Assembly: GCA_963835335.1 (NCBI GenBank)
Contig: CAWIFB010000006.1
Span: forward strand, 136,084-200,083
From: an uncultured Chloroflexia bacterium
GTDB taxonomy: Bacteria > Chloroflexota > Limnocylindria > Limnocylindrales > CSP1-4
DNA: 64,000 nucleotides
Direction: 5' to 3'
Both the position numbers and the translations under genes were made by a program. The notes under the pieces were generated by a model that made no database searches, was not told the DNA's origin, and worked only from the letters and a program-made list of their open reading frames with translations. Positions 8,378 through 17,920 of this stretch are shown one piece after another (the stretch's first letter is position 1; every line of letters begins with the position of its first letter).

Positions 8378-8781
8378 TCGTCGACACCGGCGCCCTCCTC
8401 GCGTTCTTCGACACCGACGAGCCCGATCACGAGACGGTTTCCGCTGTTCTCGGCGGGGCGACTGAGCCCCTCGTGGTCTCGCCCTACGTGGTCGCCGAGC
8501 TCGACTACCTCGTGGCGTCCCGACTCGGCGTCTCCGCCGAGCTGGCCGTTCTGCGGGAGCTGACCGGCGGTGCCTGGGACCTGCCCGCGATCGACGTCGA
8601 GGAGCTCGTCAAGGCTCGCGCCGTCATCGAGCGGTATGCCGACCAGAACATGGGCGTGGCCGATGCTTCGAACGTGATCCTGGCCGACCGCTACCGGACC
8701 CGGACCATCGTGACCCTCGATCATCGACACTTCGACGTCCTGCGTCCGCTCAGTGGCGGCCGGTTCCGGATCCTCCCGTAA
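8374..8781 (+). CDS. vapC: PIN-domain toxin VapC
   Basis: MIVDTGALLAFFDTDEPDHE... with ADASNVILA and TLDHRHF motifs. Confidence 0.85.
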   Translation: MIVDTGALLAFFDTDEPDHETVSAVLGGATEPLVVSPYVVAELDYLVASRLGVSAELAVLRELTGGAWDLPAIDVEELVKARAVIERYADQNMGVADASNVILADRYRTRTIVTLDHRHFDVLRPLSGGRFRILP

Positions 8782-8874
8782 GGGCTCTCACGCTCGTGCG
8801 ACCAGGGGTGCCCGGCCGTGCGCCGGTCGGCCAGCTGCGTCACATATTCTGTGCGTCCGTGTTACTGTGTATCT

Positions 8875-9117
8875 GTGAAGAACATCACCGTGGCCATCCC
8901 CGACGATGTCTATCGGTCAGCCCGGATCCGCGCGGCCGAACGCGGCAGCTCGGTCAGCGCGATCGTCACCGAGTACCTGCGCTCCCTGTCGTCGGGTGGT
9001 GGCACCGAGTTCGCCAGGCTCGAGGCGCAGCAGCGGCGGATCCAGCGTCAGGTCAAGCGTTTCAGGGCCGTCGATCGATTGCGCCGCGACGAGGTCCACG
9101 ATCGTGCAGTTCGTTGA
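8875..9117 (+). CDS. ribbon-helix-helix antitoxin
   Basis: GTG at 8875 gives VKNITVAIPDDVYRSARIRAAERGSSVSAIVTEYL (RHH pattern). It overlaps the following PIN gene. Confidence 0.75.
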   Translation: MKNITVAIPDDVYRSARIRAAERGSSVSAIVTEYLRSLSSGGGTEFARLEAQQRRIQRQVKRFRAVDRLRRDEVHDRAVR

Positions 9118-9517
9118 CACGAACGTCCTGCTGTACGCGATCTCGCGCGATCCGGACGAGGCGTCGAAGGCGAGGCGGGCGAACGAGGTCCTGACAGCCG
9201 GCGATATCGGGCTGTCGATCCAGGTGCTCCAGGAGTTCTACGTCCAGGCGACGCGGGCGAGTCGACCGGACGCGATCACCCACGCCCAGGCCGTTGGCCT
9301 GATCGAGTCGTGGCGTCGATTTCCGGTCCAGGAGACGACGGTCGATGTCATGGATGCCGCGTTCCGGACTCGCCAACGCTTTGGCATCTCCTACTGGGAC
9401 GCCGCGATCATCGAGGCGAGCCGGTTCCTGGGCTGCGTGGTGGTCCTGTCCGAGGATCTCGATGCGGGAACCGACTACGACGGGGTCCGCATCCGGAACC
9501 CGTTCGCCGAGGAGTAG
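9104..9517 (+). CDS. vapC: PIN-domain toxin VapC
   Basis: GTG at 9104 gives VQFVDTNVLLYAISRD...SYWDAAIIEASRFLGCVVVLSEDL (PIN pattern). Confidence 0.8.
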   Translation: MQFVDTNVLLYAISRDPDEASKARRANEVLTAGDIGLSIQVLQEFYVQATRASRPDAITHAQAVGLIESWRRFPVQETTVDVMDAAFRTRQRFGISYWDAAIIEASRFLGCVVVLSEDLDAGTDYDGVRIRNPFAEE

Positions 9518-9610
9518 CCAGGGGTAACGGAGGCTCCGGGCGGTTGGCCGGGGCGGGCCGTCACTCGAGCGTGAGACTGGCTGCGATCCAGCCGGTTACT
9601 ACCGTGGACA

Positions 9611-9623
9611 CTACCAATGGTAG
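9611..9623. promoter_or_regulatory. candidate MazE operator palindrome
   Basis: CTACC-aat-GGTAG ends 10 nt upstream of the ATG at 9633. Another CTACC lies at 9598-9602. Confidence 0.3.
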
Positions 9624-9632
9624 GATCGCAGG

Positions 9633-9854
9633 ATGAAGGTCAGTGTCAGCCTGCCAGGCGAGGACGTCCAGTTCCTCGACGAATACGCAAGGGAGCAGGG
9701 GCTCAATTCTCGATCAGCCGCCCTCCACAGAGCGGTTCGCCTGCTCCGCACGGCCGAACTCGGCGGCACCTATGAGGCCGCGTGGGACGAGTGGAAGACT
9801 GAAGGTGACGCAGATCTGTGGGAATCGACGACCGCCGACGGAGCCAGCTCGTGA
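9633..9854 (+). CDS. mazE: MazE-like RHH antitoxin
   Basis: MKVSVSLPGEDVQFLDEYAREQGLNSRSAALHRAVRLL. It overlaps the MazF gene start. Confidence 0.75.
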   Translation: MKVSVSLPGEDVQFLDEYAREQGLNSRSAALHRAVRLLRTAELGGTYEAAWDEWKTEGDADLWESTTADGASS

Positions 9855-10201
9855 TGCGGCGTGGCGACATTCATTCGGTCGATCTCGATCCCGCCCGCGG
9901 CTCCGAGGCCAACAAGCTCCGGCCGGCGGTCATCGTGAGCAATGATGCGGCCAACGCGACCGCGGGGAGGCTGGGTCGCGGTGTGATCACGGTGGTTCCC
10001 GTGACATCCAACGTGGAGCGCGTCTACCCGTTCCAGGTCCTGCTCCCGGCCGCCGAGACGGGGCTCGATCGCGACTCGAAGGCGCAGGCCGAGCAGATCC
10101 GCTCGATCGCCGTCGAGCGAGTGGGCGACCGCCTTGGCGTCGTCCCCAACTCGATCATGCTGGACCTCGACGAGGCGCTGCGACTGCATCTCGGCCTTTG
10201 A
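9851..10201 (+). CDS. mazF: MazF/PemK family endoribonuclease toxin
   Basis: VMRRGDIHSVDLDPARGSEANKLRPAVIVSNDAAN...VVPVTSN...AQAEQIRSIAVERV is the classical MazF pattern. Confidence 0.85.
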   Translation: MMRRGDIHSVDLDPARGSEANKLRPAVIVSNDAANATAGRLGRGVITVVPVTSNVERVYPFQVLLPAAETGLDRDSKAQAEQIRSIAVERVGDRLGVVPNSIMLDLDEALRLHLGL

Positions 10202-10296
10202 TGCGATGGCCCTGCAACCGCCGATCGTTGACCGGCAATCTCTCGAGACGGCGTCGCCTGCGACGATCGACCCTTGCTCGAAGCGAGGAGGTTGCC

Positions 10297-10743
10297 ATGC
10301 CCACGTCGACACGAGAGTCCGTGAGCTCCGTTCGGATCGATGCCCCGATCGATGAGGTCTGGAGGGCCGTGACGACGCCGGCCCTGATCAAGCGCTGGTT
10401 CTTCGGTGTCGACACGGAGGCCGAGTGGAGGGTCGGCGGCAAGCTCGTCCATCGCGGCGAGTACGAGGGAAAGCCGTACGTCGACCGGGGCGAGATCCTG
10501 GAGTTCGAACCGCCCCGCAGGCTGGTGCACTCGCACTGGAGCGACGTTTCCGGCAAACCCGACCGACCGGAGAACCGTGAGATCGTGAGCTGGGACCTTG
10601 ACGGCGATGGTGCCGGCACGGAGCTGACGATCACCGAGCTGAACCTGCCGTCGGAGGAGGCCGCCGCAACCTCGGAGGCCGCCTGGAATGGCGCGCTCCA
10701 GAGCCTGAAGAGAATGCTCGAGGGATCGGCCGAGAACCGGTAG
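10297..10743 (+). CDS. SRPBCC / AHSA1 (activator of Hsp90 ATPase homolog 1-like) domain protein
   Basis: ATG at 10297 is preceded by GAGGAG. VRIDAPIDEVWRAVTTPALIKRWFFG...ILEFEPPRRLVHSHW is typical of AHSA1/SRPBCC proteins. Confidence 0.85.
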   Translation: MPTSTRESVSSVRIDAPIDEVWRAVTTPALIKRWFFGVDTEAEWRVGGKLVHRGEYEGKPYVDRGEILEFEPPRRLVHSHWSDVSGKPDRPENREIVSWDLDGDGAGTELTITELNLPSEEAAATSEAAWNGALQSLKRMLEGSAENR

Positions 10744-10982
10744 GGACCGCCTCGCCGGAGCGAACCCGCGAGAGCGGTCGCCGCCCTCGGCAGCTCCGAT
10801 CCCCGGAACGGCTTGCACGGGATCAACGCTGCGCGAGGCGGGATCGCCCTGCCCCGATGCGGACGCTCGGAAATCCCGGAAATCCGTCCTGAGCGAATCG
10901 TCCTCCGCGCGCGTCGAATCGATGACCCGCGTCCCCTCGTCGCGTTGCCGGGGACCGACGGAACGCACGGAGGAGCAATCGG

Positions 10983-11996
10983 ATGCGACGGTTCACGACG
11001 GTGATCTCCCTGGCCCTTCTGCTCGCGGCGGTCGTCGCGCCACCTGTACACGCCGCGTACCCCGGTTCGAACGGCCGGATCGCGTACCAGGTCGAGGGTG
11101 AGGACGGCGCCCCGACGCACCTCTGGTGGGCCGATCCTGATCTGACCGACGCCCAACAGCTGACCTTCGGCGACCGCGACGAGTTCGACGCCTCCTGGTC
11201 TGCGGATGGGACGACGTTGGTCTTCTCGACCGATCGCTTCGCGACCGCGCCGCCGGATGAGCCCGGCTTCCGGGTCGACATCATGACCCTCAACGTCATC
11301 ACCGGAGAGCAGAAGGCCTTCACGAGCGGTGGAGCCATCAAGGAACAGCCGTCCTTCTCGCCCGACGGCAGCCGCATCCTGTATGCGTACACCGACCCGT
11401 TCGGCGATCTCGAGCCCGGGCTTTACACCATGCGCGCCAGTGACGGCGGCGACGTGCGCCAGGTGACCGGGATGCCGCCCGGCCACTACTTCCTGCAGTG
11501 GCCCCGTTACTCGCCGGACGGTTCGCAGATCGCGTTTGCCGCGGTCAATTGGTCGACCTTTCGGCAGCGGGGCTCCGCACCATTTCAGGGGACCATCTAC
11601 GTCGTGAACGCAGATGGCACGGGCCTTCGGCGCCTGACTCCCGAAGGGTTCCTGCTGAACCACACGGTCGAGTGGTCGCCTGACGGCTCGCAGCTGGTCA
11701 TGCAGACCGACTGGCGACCCGGCACCAGGCCCAGTCTCTGGATCGTGAACGCCGACGGCAGGGGGCTGCATCGGCTCACAGATGAGCTGCCCATTCGCGC
11801 GATGCAGTCCAGGTACTTCCAGGCCTCGTTCTCGCCGACGTGGGCGCCTGACGGATCGCTCATCCTGTTCAACTGCGCGCCGGGAGAGCTCAGCTTCTGG
11901 GACTTCTGCACGATCCATCCCGACGGGACCGGGCGAACCCTGGTCCGCTCAACGCCGGAGTTCGAGCACCGGCCAGCGTGGCAACCGGTGCCGTAG
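10983..11996 (+). CDS. secreted TolB-like beta-propeller (PD40/WD40-like repeats)
   Basis: Signal peptide MRRFTTVISLALLLAAVVAPPVHA. Repeated SWSADGTTLVF / SFSPDGSRILY / RYSPDGSQIAF / EWSPDGSQLV / SFSPTWAPDGSLILF motifs. Confidence 0.8.
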   Translation: MRRFTTVISLALLLAAVVAPPVHAAYPGSNGRIAYQVEGEDGAPTHLWWADPDLTDAQQLTFGDRDEFDASWSADGTTLVFSTDRFATAPPDEPGFRVDIMTLNVITGEQKAFTSGGAIKEQPSFSPDGSRILYAYTDPFGDLEPGLYTMRASDGGDVRQVTGMPPGHYFLQWPRYSPDGSQIAFAAVNWSTFRQRGSAPFQGTIYVVNADGTGLRRLTPEGFLLNHTVEWSPDGSQLVMQTDWRPGTRPSLWIVNADGRGLHRLTDELPIRAMQSRYFQASFSPTWAPDGSLILFNCAPGELSFWDFCTIHPDGTGRTLVRSTPEFEHRPAWQPVP

Positions 11997-12571
11997 CGGG
12001 CACGGGGGTGCGGCTTGTGACGGCTGGGACACTGGTACGCGTGGAGGGGATTGAGGCCTTCGACATCGCCCGCGCGGAGACGTCCGAGGCCGACCTCGTC
12101 ATCGACGACCTCGAGTTGCGCCATGGTCAGGCCCTGTTCGGCTTCGTTCGCCGGCAGGGCCTGACCGACACCGAGGCCCAGGACGCCGTCCAGGACGTCC
12201 TGTTCCGGCTGTGGCTCGAGCTGCGGGCCGGCGCCAGGATCGACAACCCGCGCGCGTGGGTGTACCGCTCCGTCTACCGCATCGCCATGGACCACCACCG
12301 GCTCCGCGCGCGCATCGCGGCGCTGACCCGACGCCTCGAGCGGACCGATGCTGACCCGCCGCGCGACGCCGCCGATCGGCTCGCGGTGTGGGCCGAGGTC
12401 GACCGGTTGCCCGATCGGCAGCGCCAGGTCCTGTACCTCCGCTACCGGGCGGACCTGTCGTTCGAGGAGATCGGACCCGTGCTGGGCATCACGTCCAGCG
12501 CGGCCCGCAGCCATGCCACCCAGGCGGTCGCGACGTTGCGCCGCCGGCTTGGCCCCGACGGAGGGCTGTGA
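11978..12571 (+). CDS. ECF-type RNA polymerase sigma-70 family factor
   Basis: Region 2-like AQDAVQDVLFRLW...NPRAWVYRSVYRIAMDHHR and region 4 LPDRQRQVLYLRYRADLSFEEIGPVLGITSSAARSHATQAV. The start is uncertain (GTG at 11978 or a later GTG). Confidence 0.85.
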   Translation: MATGAVAGTGVRLVTAGTLVRVEGIEAFDIARAETSEADLVIDDLELRHGQALFGFVRRQGLTDTEAQDAVQDVLFRLWLELRAGARIDNPRAWVYRSVYRIAMDHHRLRARIAALTRRLERTDADPPRDAADRLAVWAEVDRLPDRQRQVLYLRYRADLSFEEIGPVLGITSSAARSHATQAVATLRRRLGPDGGL

Positions 12572-13635
12572 TGGACGAACAGCGGATCGAGCGTGCCCTC
12601 CGGCTCGGACCCCTCGACGAGCCCGCATACACGCCTCTCGGCACGCGGCGACATGCACGCGACGCCGACGCCAATGCCGGTCTCGGTCGGCCGGAGCGAC
12701 CCACGGCGTCGAGCCCGCTCGATGCGCTGGAGCGGCCGTCGACGCCGACCGGGCTGGAGCCGCTGCGTCCGGTCGGGGTTCGGGTGCGGCGGCACGACCG
12801 GCCCGCACGGCCCTCGCTGCCGCTGACCATCGCCGCGGCGATCGCGGTCCTCGTCGGCGGCCTGTTGCTGGTTCCAGGGGTGGCCTTTGGACCCGCCGCG
12901 ACCCCGGCGCCCTCGCCCGATCTCCTGGGGCGCATCGTCGCAACGGGTTCGATCGACGTCGCGGTCTCGAACGCCGCCCCACAGACCCTGTCGCAGGGCG
13001 CGGCGTACGTCGGCTTTGACGTCGACGTCGCCAGGGCGATCGCGGAGCAGCTCGGCGTCCGGGCGAACGTCCACGCCGTCGCTCCCGGCAGCTTCAGCGC
13101 GGGCTCGTGGGACATGGCCCTCCCGGGCCACGGCGCGGGGACGCTCGACGCCGTCGAGGCCACCCAGCCGTATGCGTACTGGCCGATCTGGCTCGCCACC
13201 GCCGTCGGATCGTCGGTGACCGATGTCGCCTCCCTCGATTCAGCCCGGGTCTGCGTCGTTGGAGGCTCGGCGGGCGCCGACTGGCTGGCCCGCGAAGACG
13301 GGAGTCCGCCAGCGACGGCGCCGGCCGGTGCGCAGGAGGTGGTGGCCGGCAGCGACGACGAGTGCATCGCCGCCGTTGGCGACGGACGGGCCGATGCGAT
13401 GCTGACGACGACGATGCTGGGCACCGAGATCCAGGCACGCGGCCTCCGCCTCGTCGATCCCGATCCCGTGGTCCTGGATCCATGGGCCGTGGTCGTCCGT
13501 GGCCCCGCGCCGGATGTCGCGACGCTGGTGGCCGCGGTCGACGACGCGATCTCCACGCTGCGCGGTTCCGGGCGCCTTGCCGATCTGTCTCGCGCCGCAT
13601 TCGGGGGTCGCGACGTCACGGCTCCGACGCCATGA
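12571..13635 (+). CDS. single-pass membrane protein with extracytoplasmic family-3 solute-binding (PBPb-like) domain; candidate anti-sigma partner
   Basis: The ATG overlaps the sigma gene stop (TGATG, 1-nt overlap). About 90 aa cytoplasmic, then TM LPLTIAAAIAVLVGGLLLVPGV, then IVATGSIDVAVSN...YVGFDVDVARAIAEQLGV... resembling amino-acid-binding proteins. Confidence 0.7.
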   Translation: MDEQRIERALRLGPLDEPAYTPLGTRRHARDADANAGLGRPERPTASSPLDALERPSTPTGLEPLRPVGVRVRRHDRPARPSLPLTIAAAIAVLVGGLLLVPGVAFGPAATPAPSPDLLGRIVATGSIDVAVSNAAPQTLSQGAAYVGFDVDVARAIAEQLGVRANVHAVAPGSFSAGSWDMALPGHGAGTLDAVEATQPYAYWPIWLATAVGSSVTDVASLDSARVCVVGGSAGADWLAREDGSPPATAPAGAQEVVAGSDDECIAAVGDGRADAMLTTTMLGTEIQARGLRLVDPDPVVLDPWAVVVRGPAPDVATLVAAVDDAISTLRGSGRLADLSRAAFGGRDVTAPTP

Positions 13636-15855
13636 ACCGGACACGGTTGCACCGCCGGTGGCAGCCGCTGTGCTCCTCGCGATCGCGTGGGCGCTCCTGG
13701 TGGCCGCCTGCGACGGCTCGGCGACCGGCTCCACGGTCTCGCCGTCGGCGGCCGCGACCAGCCCGGAGTCGGGGACCGCGCCCACGATCGCGGACGTGAC
13801 CACCTATCGCGGCGACAACACGCGCACCGCCCGGATGCCCGGGCCAGGCCCGGCCGGGGCGCCGGTCGAGCTGTGGCACCACGAGTCGAGCGGTGGCTAC
13901 AGCCAGGAGCCGGTCGTCGTCGATGGCCGGGTGATCGCCGTGTCCGACCATGGCGAGATCACCGCCCTGGACGCGGTCACGGGTGTCGGGTCAGGGGGCC
14001 ATCGACCTCCATGTCGGCGTGCACCCGGACTCGAACCCCGCTGCCAGCGAGGATGCCCTGTTCGTCGTCACGCAGGACGGTGTGCTGCACGCAGTATCGC
14101 TCGTGGACTGGACCGAGCGGTGGCACAACGGCGGGTATGAGCCGGAGACGCAGATCGCGATCACCGGCGACCTGGTGCTTGCCGGCGCTCCGGGGGCGCT
14201 CGTGGCGCGCCACGCGTCGGATGGCACCGAGGCCTGGTCGGTCCGCCTGCCCGCGGTCACGCGGATCGCCGTTGCGTCCGACCGAGCGTACGTGTCCGGC
14301 CGCGGATCCGACGCGATCACCCAGGTCGATCTCGAACGCCACGCCGTCGTCCAACAGCTGCACACGGACAGTGCCGAGGTGCTGACGCCCGCCATCGTCA
14401 GCGACGGGGTGATCGTCGGCTATCGCGACGCGCGGGGCGGTTCAAACGGCGTCCGGTCATTCGACGCCGACGGCAATCTGCGATGGCAATTCGCGGAGCC
14501 GAACGGCTATCGGATCGACGCGGTCGTCATCGATGAGGGCGCCGTGTTCGTCTACGTGGGTGTGCCCGGGGTCGTCGACGTGGTCGACCCCGGCGACGGG
14601 CAAGCTGCGCGGAGCGCCGCATCCGCTGGGTGAACCGGGGGTCGGAAATCCGGCCGTCGCCGACGGCCTTCTGTACCTGGTCGGGCCCCGGCAGGGCCTG
14701 TTCGTGATGGACGCCGACGGCACGATCCCGTGGCAGGTCCCGTTCGACGGTGCAGCGGGGCCGGCGAGGCTCATCGTCACCGGTGGCATCGTCATCGTCC
14801 CCATGACCACGGGCGCCTCCACCGGGCGCATCGTCGCGTTCATCGCACCATCGGATCCGCGGGCACCGGGCCGCCAGCCGGCGACGGGCGCGACACCGGT
14901 GCCGACCACACCGGTTCCGACCACACCGGCAGTCCCCGGGGCGCATGTGGCCAGGGTTATCGACACCTGGGTCGGGCCGTTCGCGGAAACCCCGGCCCCG
15001 CAGCCCACGGTGATTGCGTTGCCGGCCCTGGCGCCCGACGGCACGTTGTACGCCGTCGACTGGTTCAACAACCGGATCCTGGTGTTGGCGCCGGACGGCC
15101 GCGTCACGTGGTGGGGCTCGACGGGCAGCGGCCCCGGCCAGCTCAGCTTCGAGGCGGTCACCCAGGACGATGCTCCGATGGACATCGCGGTCTCCCCGGA
15201 CGGTCAGCTGATCGCGGTCGGCGAGGGCGGGAACCATCGCGTCCAGCTGTTCGACGCCACGGGGACCTCGCTGCGAACGATCGGGCGGCTGGGCCGCGGC
15301 GACTCGCAGTTCGTGAACCCCGCCGGCGTGGCCGTGGACGGCGAGCACCAAATCTGGGTCGCCGACACGAGCCGCAACGACGTCCAGGTGTTCGACGAGG
15401 ACGGCGGATTCCTGTTCAAGTTCGGCTCTGCCGGAAGCGGGAACGGGCAGCTCCTCCAGCCGGGACGGCCGTTCGTCCGCGAGGACGCCGACGAGGTGCT
15501 CATCCCCGACTTCGGGAACCGACGCGTCGCGGTGTTCGCAAAGGACGGATCGTTCCTGCGCAACTACGCCAGCGACCCGGGATCCGGGCTGTTCCTCGCG
15601 GGCGTCAACGGGGTCATCGTCGATCCGTTCGGCAGGATCATCGTCAACGACCTTTCGGGCATCCACATCCTCGACCAGGACGGCCACCGGATCGCGACCG
15701 TCCCGCTCACCATCGATGGCATCGGCACCCTCGACCCGTTCGGCATCGCGCTCGAGGCGAGCACGGGCCGCCTGTATGTCGCCGACCCCTCGGAAGCTCA
15801 TCACCTGATCGCGGAGGTCCAGCTCGAGCCGCCGCTGTGGCCGGCCACTCCGTGA
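13632..15855 (+). pseudogene. PQQ-like beta-propeller plus NHL-repeat lipoprotein, reading frame broken 2-3 times
   Basis: ATG at 13632 overlaps the upstream stop (ATGA). A lipoprotein signal (VAAAVLLAIAWALLVAAC) appears only after a -1 shift near 13658. PQQ-type repeats continue across shifts at the G5 run 13994-13998 and near 14600. The C-terminal part carries NHL repeats (GPGQLSFE, GDSQFVNPAGVAVD, GNGQLLQPG). Confidence 0.7.
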
Positions 15856-15963
15856 GCGCTCCGTAGCCGGCGGTTCTGTCCTCGCGGCAAATCCTGGAAC
15901 GCACAGCGACCCGGTCAATACCGGTGCGACCGGGCAGGCGCGCGGCGAAGGTCGCCCGAGGGC

Positions 15964-16040
15964 ATCACCAACAACGCAGCCGACTCCCAACCTCGACCAC
16001 GGAGGTCGACATCACCTGTCCGGTCGACCTGCCGGGGTGA
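15964..16040 (+). pseudogene. relic 3' end of a VapC (PIN) gene
   Basis: atcaccaacaacgcagccgact...ggaggtcgacatcacctgtccggtcgacctgccggggtga aligns with the last ~78 nt of the intact vapC at 5247-5324, with one 1-nt gap. No upstream ORF exists. Confidence 0.6.
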
Positions 16041-16072
16041 CCGACCCGCCCGTCCAGCAGGCTGCAGGATGA

Positions 16073-16504
16073 CTACCGAGCGGAGTCTGCCCTGCTGGCC
16101 AGCATGGCCAGGAATTCGGCCGGGGTCATGACCGGCAGGCGATCGCGCAGGTCGAGCAGGTGGGCGTCACCGGACACGAGCGCGTCGACCGCGGCGACGC
16201 GCGCGAGGTCCACCAGGTACTCGTCGTCGGGATCCGCGCTGAGCGGTGGGGCACTCGGTGCGGGGTCATCGACAATCCTGGCCTCGTGCCCGATGAGGTC
16301 GACGTAGGCGACAGCTTCGGCCAACGTGACGTAGCGAGGGAACTTCTCGCGCCCCAGGACCGCTCGGAGCTCGGCCAGGAGGGTCGGCGAGGCGACGAGC
16401 TCGAACGCGCCGTCCCGGAGCTCGAGCAGGATGGCGGCGCTCGGACCGCCCGGGCTGATCAGCGCCGAAACGAGGACGTTGGTGTCAAGAACCGCGCGCG
16501 GCAC
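16073..16504 (-). CDS. PIN-family toxin
   Basis: GTG at 16504 gives VPRAVLDTNVLVSALISPGGPSAAILLELRDGAFELVASPTLLAELRAVL. It overlaps the upstream antitoxin by 20 nt. Confidence 0.8.
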   Translation of the reverse strand: MPRAVLDTNVLVSALISPGGPSAAILLELRDGAFELVASPTLLAELRAVLGREKFPRYVTLAEAVAYVDLIGHEARIVDDPAPSAPPLSADPDDEYLVDLARVAAVDALVSGDAHLLDLRDRLPVMTPAEFLAMLASRADSAR

Positions 16505-16733
16505 GCTTCTCGGCCCGGGTGGCGTGTGTCTCCTCGACAGCCAGGCGCATCGCCTCGTCCTCGCCCAGGTCGCTGCGTGCCCACACGCCGGCCAGGACAT
16601 CGAAGCCGAGGTAGGCGCGGAGCGCGTCCTCGACGACCTCTGAGTCGCGCTTGTCGGTCCGGGCTGCCCGGACGCGAGCCGCCCGCATCACGTCCTCGTC
16701 GACGTACAGGGTCACCTTCCGCTTCGTCGTCAT
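16485..16733 (-). CDS. ribbon-helix-helix antitoxin
   Basis: MTTKRKVTLYVDEDVMRAARVRAARTDKRDSEVVEDALRAYL (RHH pattern), directly upstream of the PIN gene. Confidence 0.8.
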   Translation of the reverse strand: MTTKRKVTLYVDEDVMRAARVRAARTDKRDSEVVEDALRAYLGFDVLAGVWARSDLGEDEAMRLAVEETHATRAEKRAARGS

Positions 16734-16833
16734 GATGCCAGCATAGCGGCAAGATGTTATGCATTCAAGATGGCAAGACGGCCTTCAGCCGTCTCGCAGG
16801 GGTTCCGGCGGTAGCAGGCCCGAGAGCGGGCGG

Positions 16834-17886
16834 ATGAGTACAGCGGATTGCGCGATCGGCGCCGGCACGGCATCGTGTATTGCGCCGAGGTCGGGTGTCC
16901 GACGTGGAGCCGCGGCCCGCCAGGAGGAGCCACGTGGCCGCGACACCGACACCGACACCGCCGCTGCGCCCGTCCCCGAGCACATCGAGCACCGGATCCC
17001 GCTGCCGGACGGCCGGGTGTTTGCCGCTGCCGAGTGGGGCGACCCGGACGGGATCCCGCTCATCTCGATCCACGGCACGCCCGGCGGTCGGATGTCATGG
17101 TGGGAGGACCCGGACATCTACCGCCGGCACGGGTTGCGGCGGATCACGATCGACCGTCCCGGCTACGGGGAGTCCAGCCGGCTGCGCGGTCGGCGCGTGG
17201 CCGACATCATCCCGGACCTCGAGCGTCTGACGGAGGCGCTCGACATCGACCGGTTCGTGGTCATGGGAGGTTCCGGCGGTGGTCCGCACGCGCTCGCGTG
17301 CGCCGCCCTGCTGCCGGACCGCGTGATCCGGTGCCTGGCGATGGTCTCGATCGCCCCGTACGGAGACGCCGACATCGACTGGCTGGCCGGGATGGCCGAG
17401 GGCAACCTCGTCGAGTTCGGCGCTGCGCTCGAAGGCGAGGCAGCGGCCAGGAAGCTGCTCCACGGGTTGCGAACGGAGACGCTCGAGCGACTTGCGGCCG
17501 GGCGCCTCGACTGGCTGGGGGACGACTTCGAGCTGTCCCCAGCTGACCAGGCGCAGATGGCCAAGCACTTCGATCTCGCCCGTGCCCAGATGTTCAGCTG
17601 CCTCGAGCCGGGGATCGATGGCTGGGTCGACGACGACCTGGCGTTCACCAAGCCCTGGGGATTCGACGTCGCCGACATCCGGGTGCCGGTGGTGATCGCC
17701 TACGGCCGAACGGATGTGCTCGTGCCGCCTGCGCACGGTGACTGGCTGGCGGCCCACGTCCCGGGCGCCATCGCGTGGGTGGACGATGAGGCCGGCCATG
17801 GTGGCGACGACTCGCAGATCGAGCGCGAATACACCTGGCTGGCGACCGGTCGTGACACGGCCGCCGTCGCGGCCACCGACGGATAG
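16834..17886 (+). CDS. alpha/beta hydrolase
   Basis: LISIHGTPGG...ITIDRPGYGES...VVMGGSGGGPHALA has a nucleophile elbow GGSGG. The start is uncertain (ATG at 16834 or 16759). Confidence 0.8.
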   Translation: MSTADCAIGAGTASCIAPRSGVRRGAAARQEEPRGRDTDTDTAAAPVPEHIEHRIPLPDGRVFAAAEWGDPDGIPLISIHGTPGGRMSWWEDPDIYRRHGLRRITIDRPGYGESSRLRGRRVADIIPDLERLTEALDIDRFVVMGGSGGGPHALACAALLPDRVIRCLAMVSIAPYGDADIDWLAGMAEGNLVEFGAALEGEAAARKLLHGLRTETLERLAAGRLDWLGDDFELSPADQAQMAKHFDLARAQMFSCLEPGIDGWVDDDLAFTKPWGFDVADIRVPVVIAYGRTDVLVPPAHGDWLAAHVPGAIAWVDDEAGHGGDDSQIEREYTWLATGRDTAAVAATDG

Positions 17887-17920
17887 CCCGCCGCGGCCGC
17901 GGCGTCGTCGGAGCCCGCGT

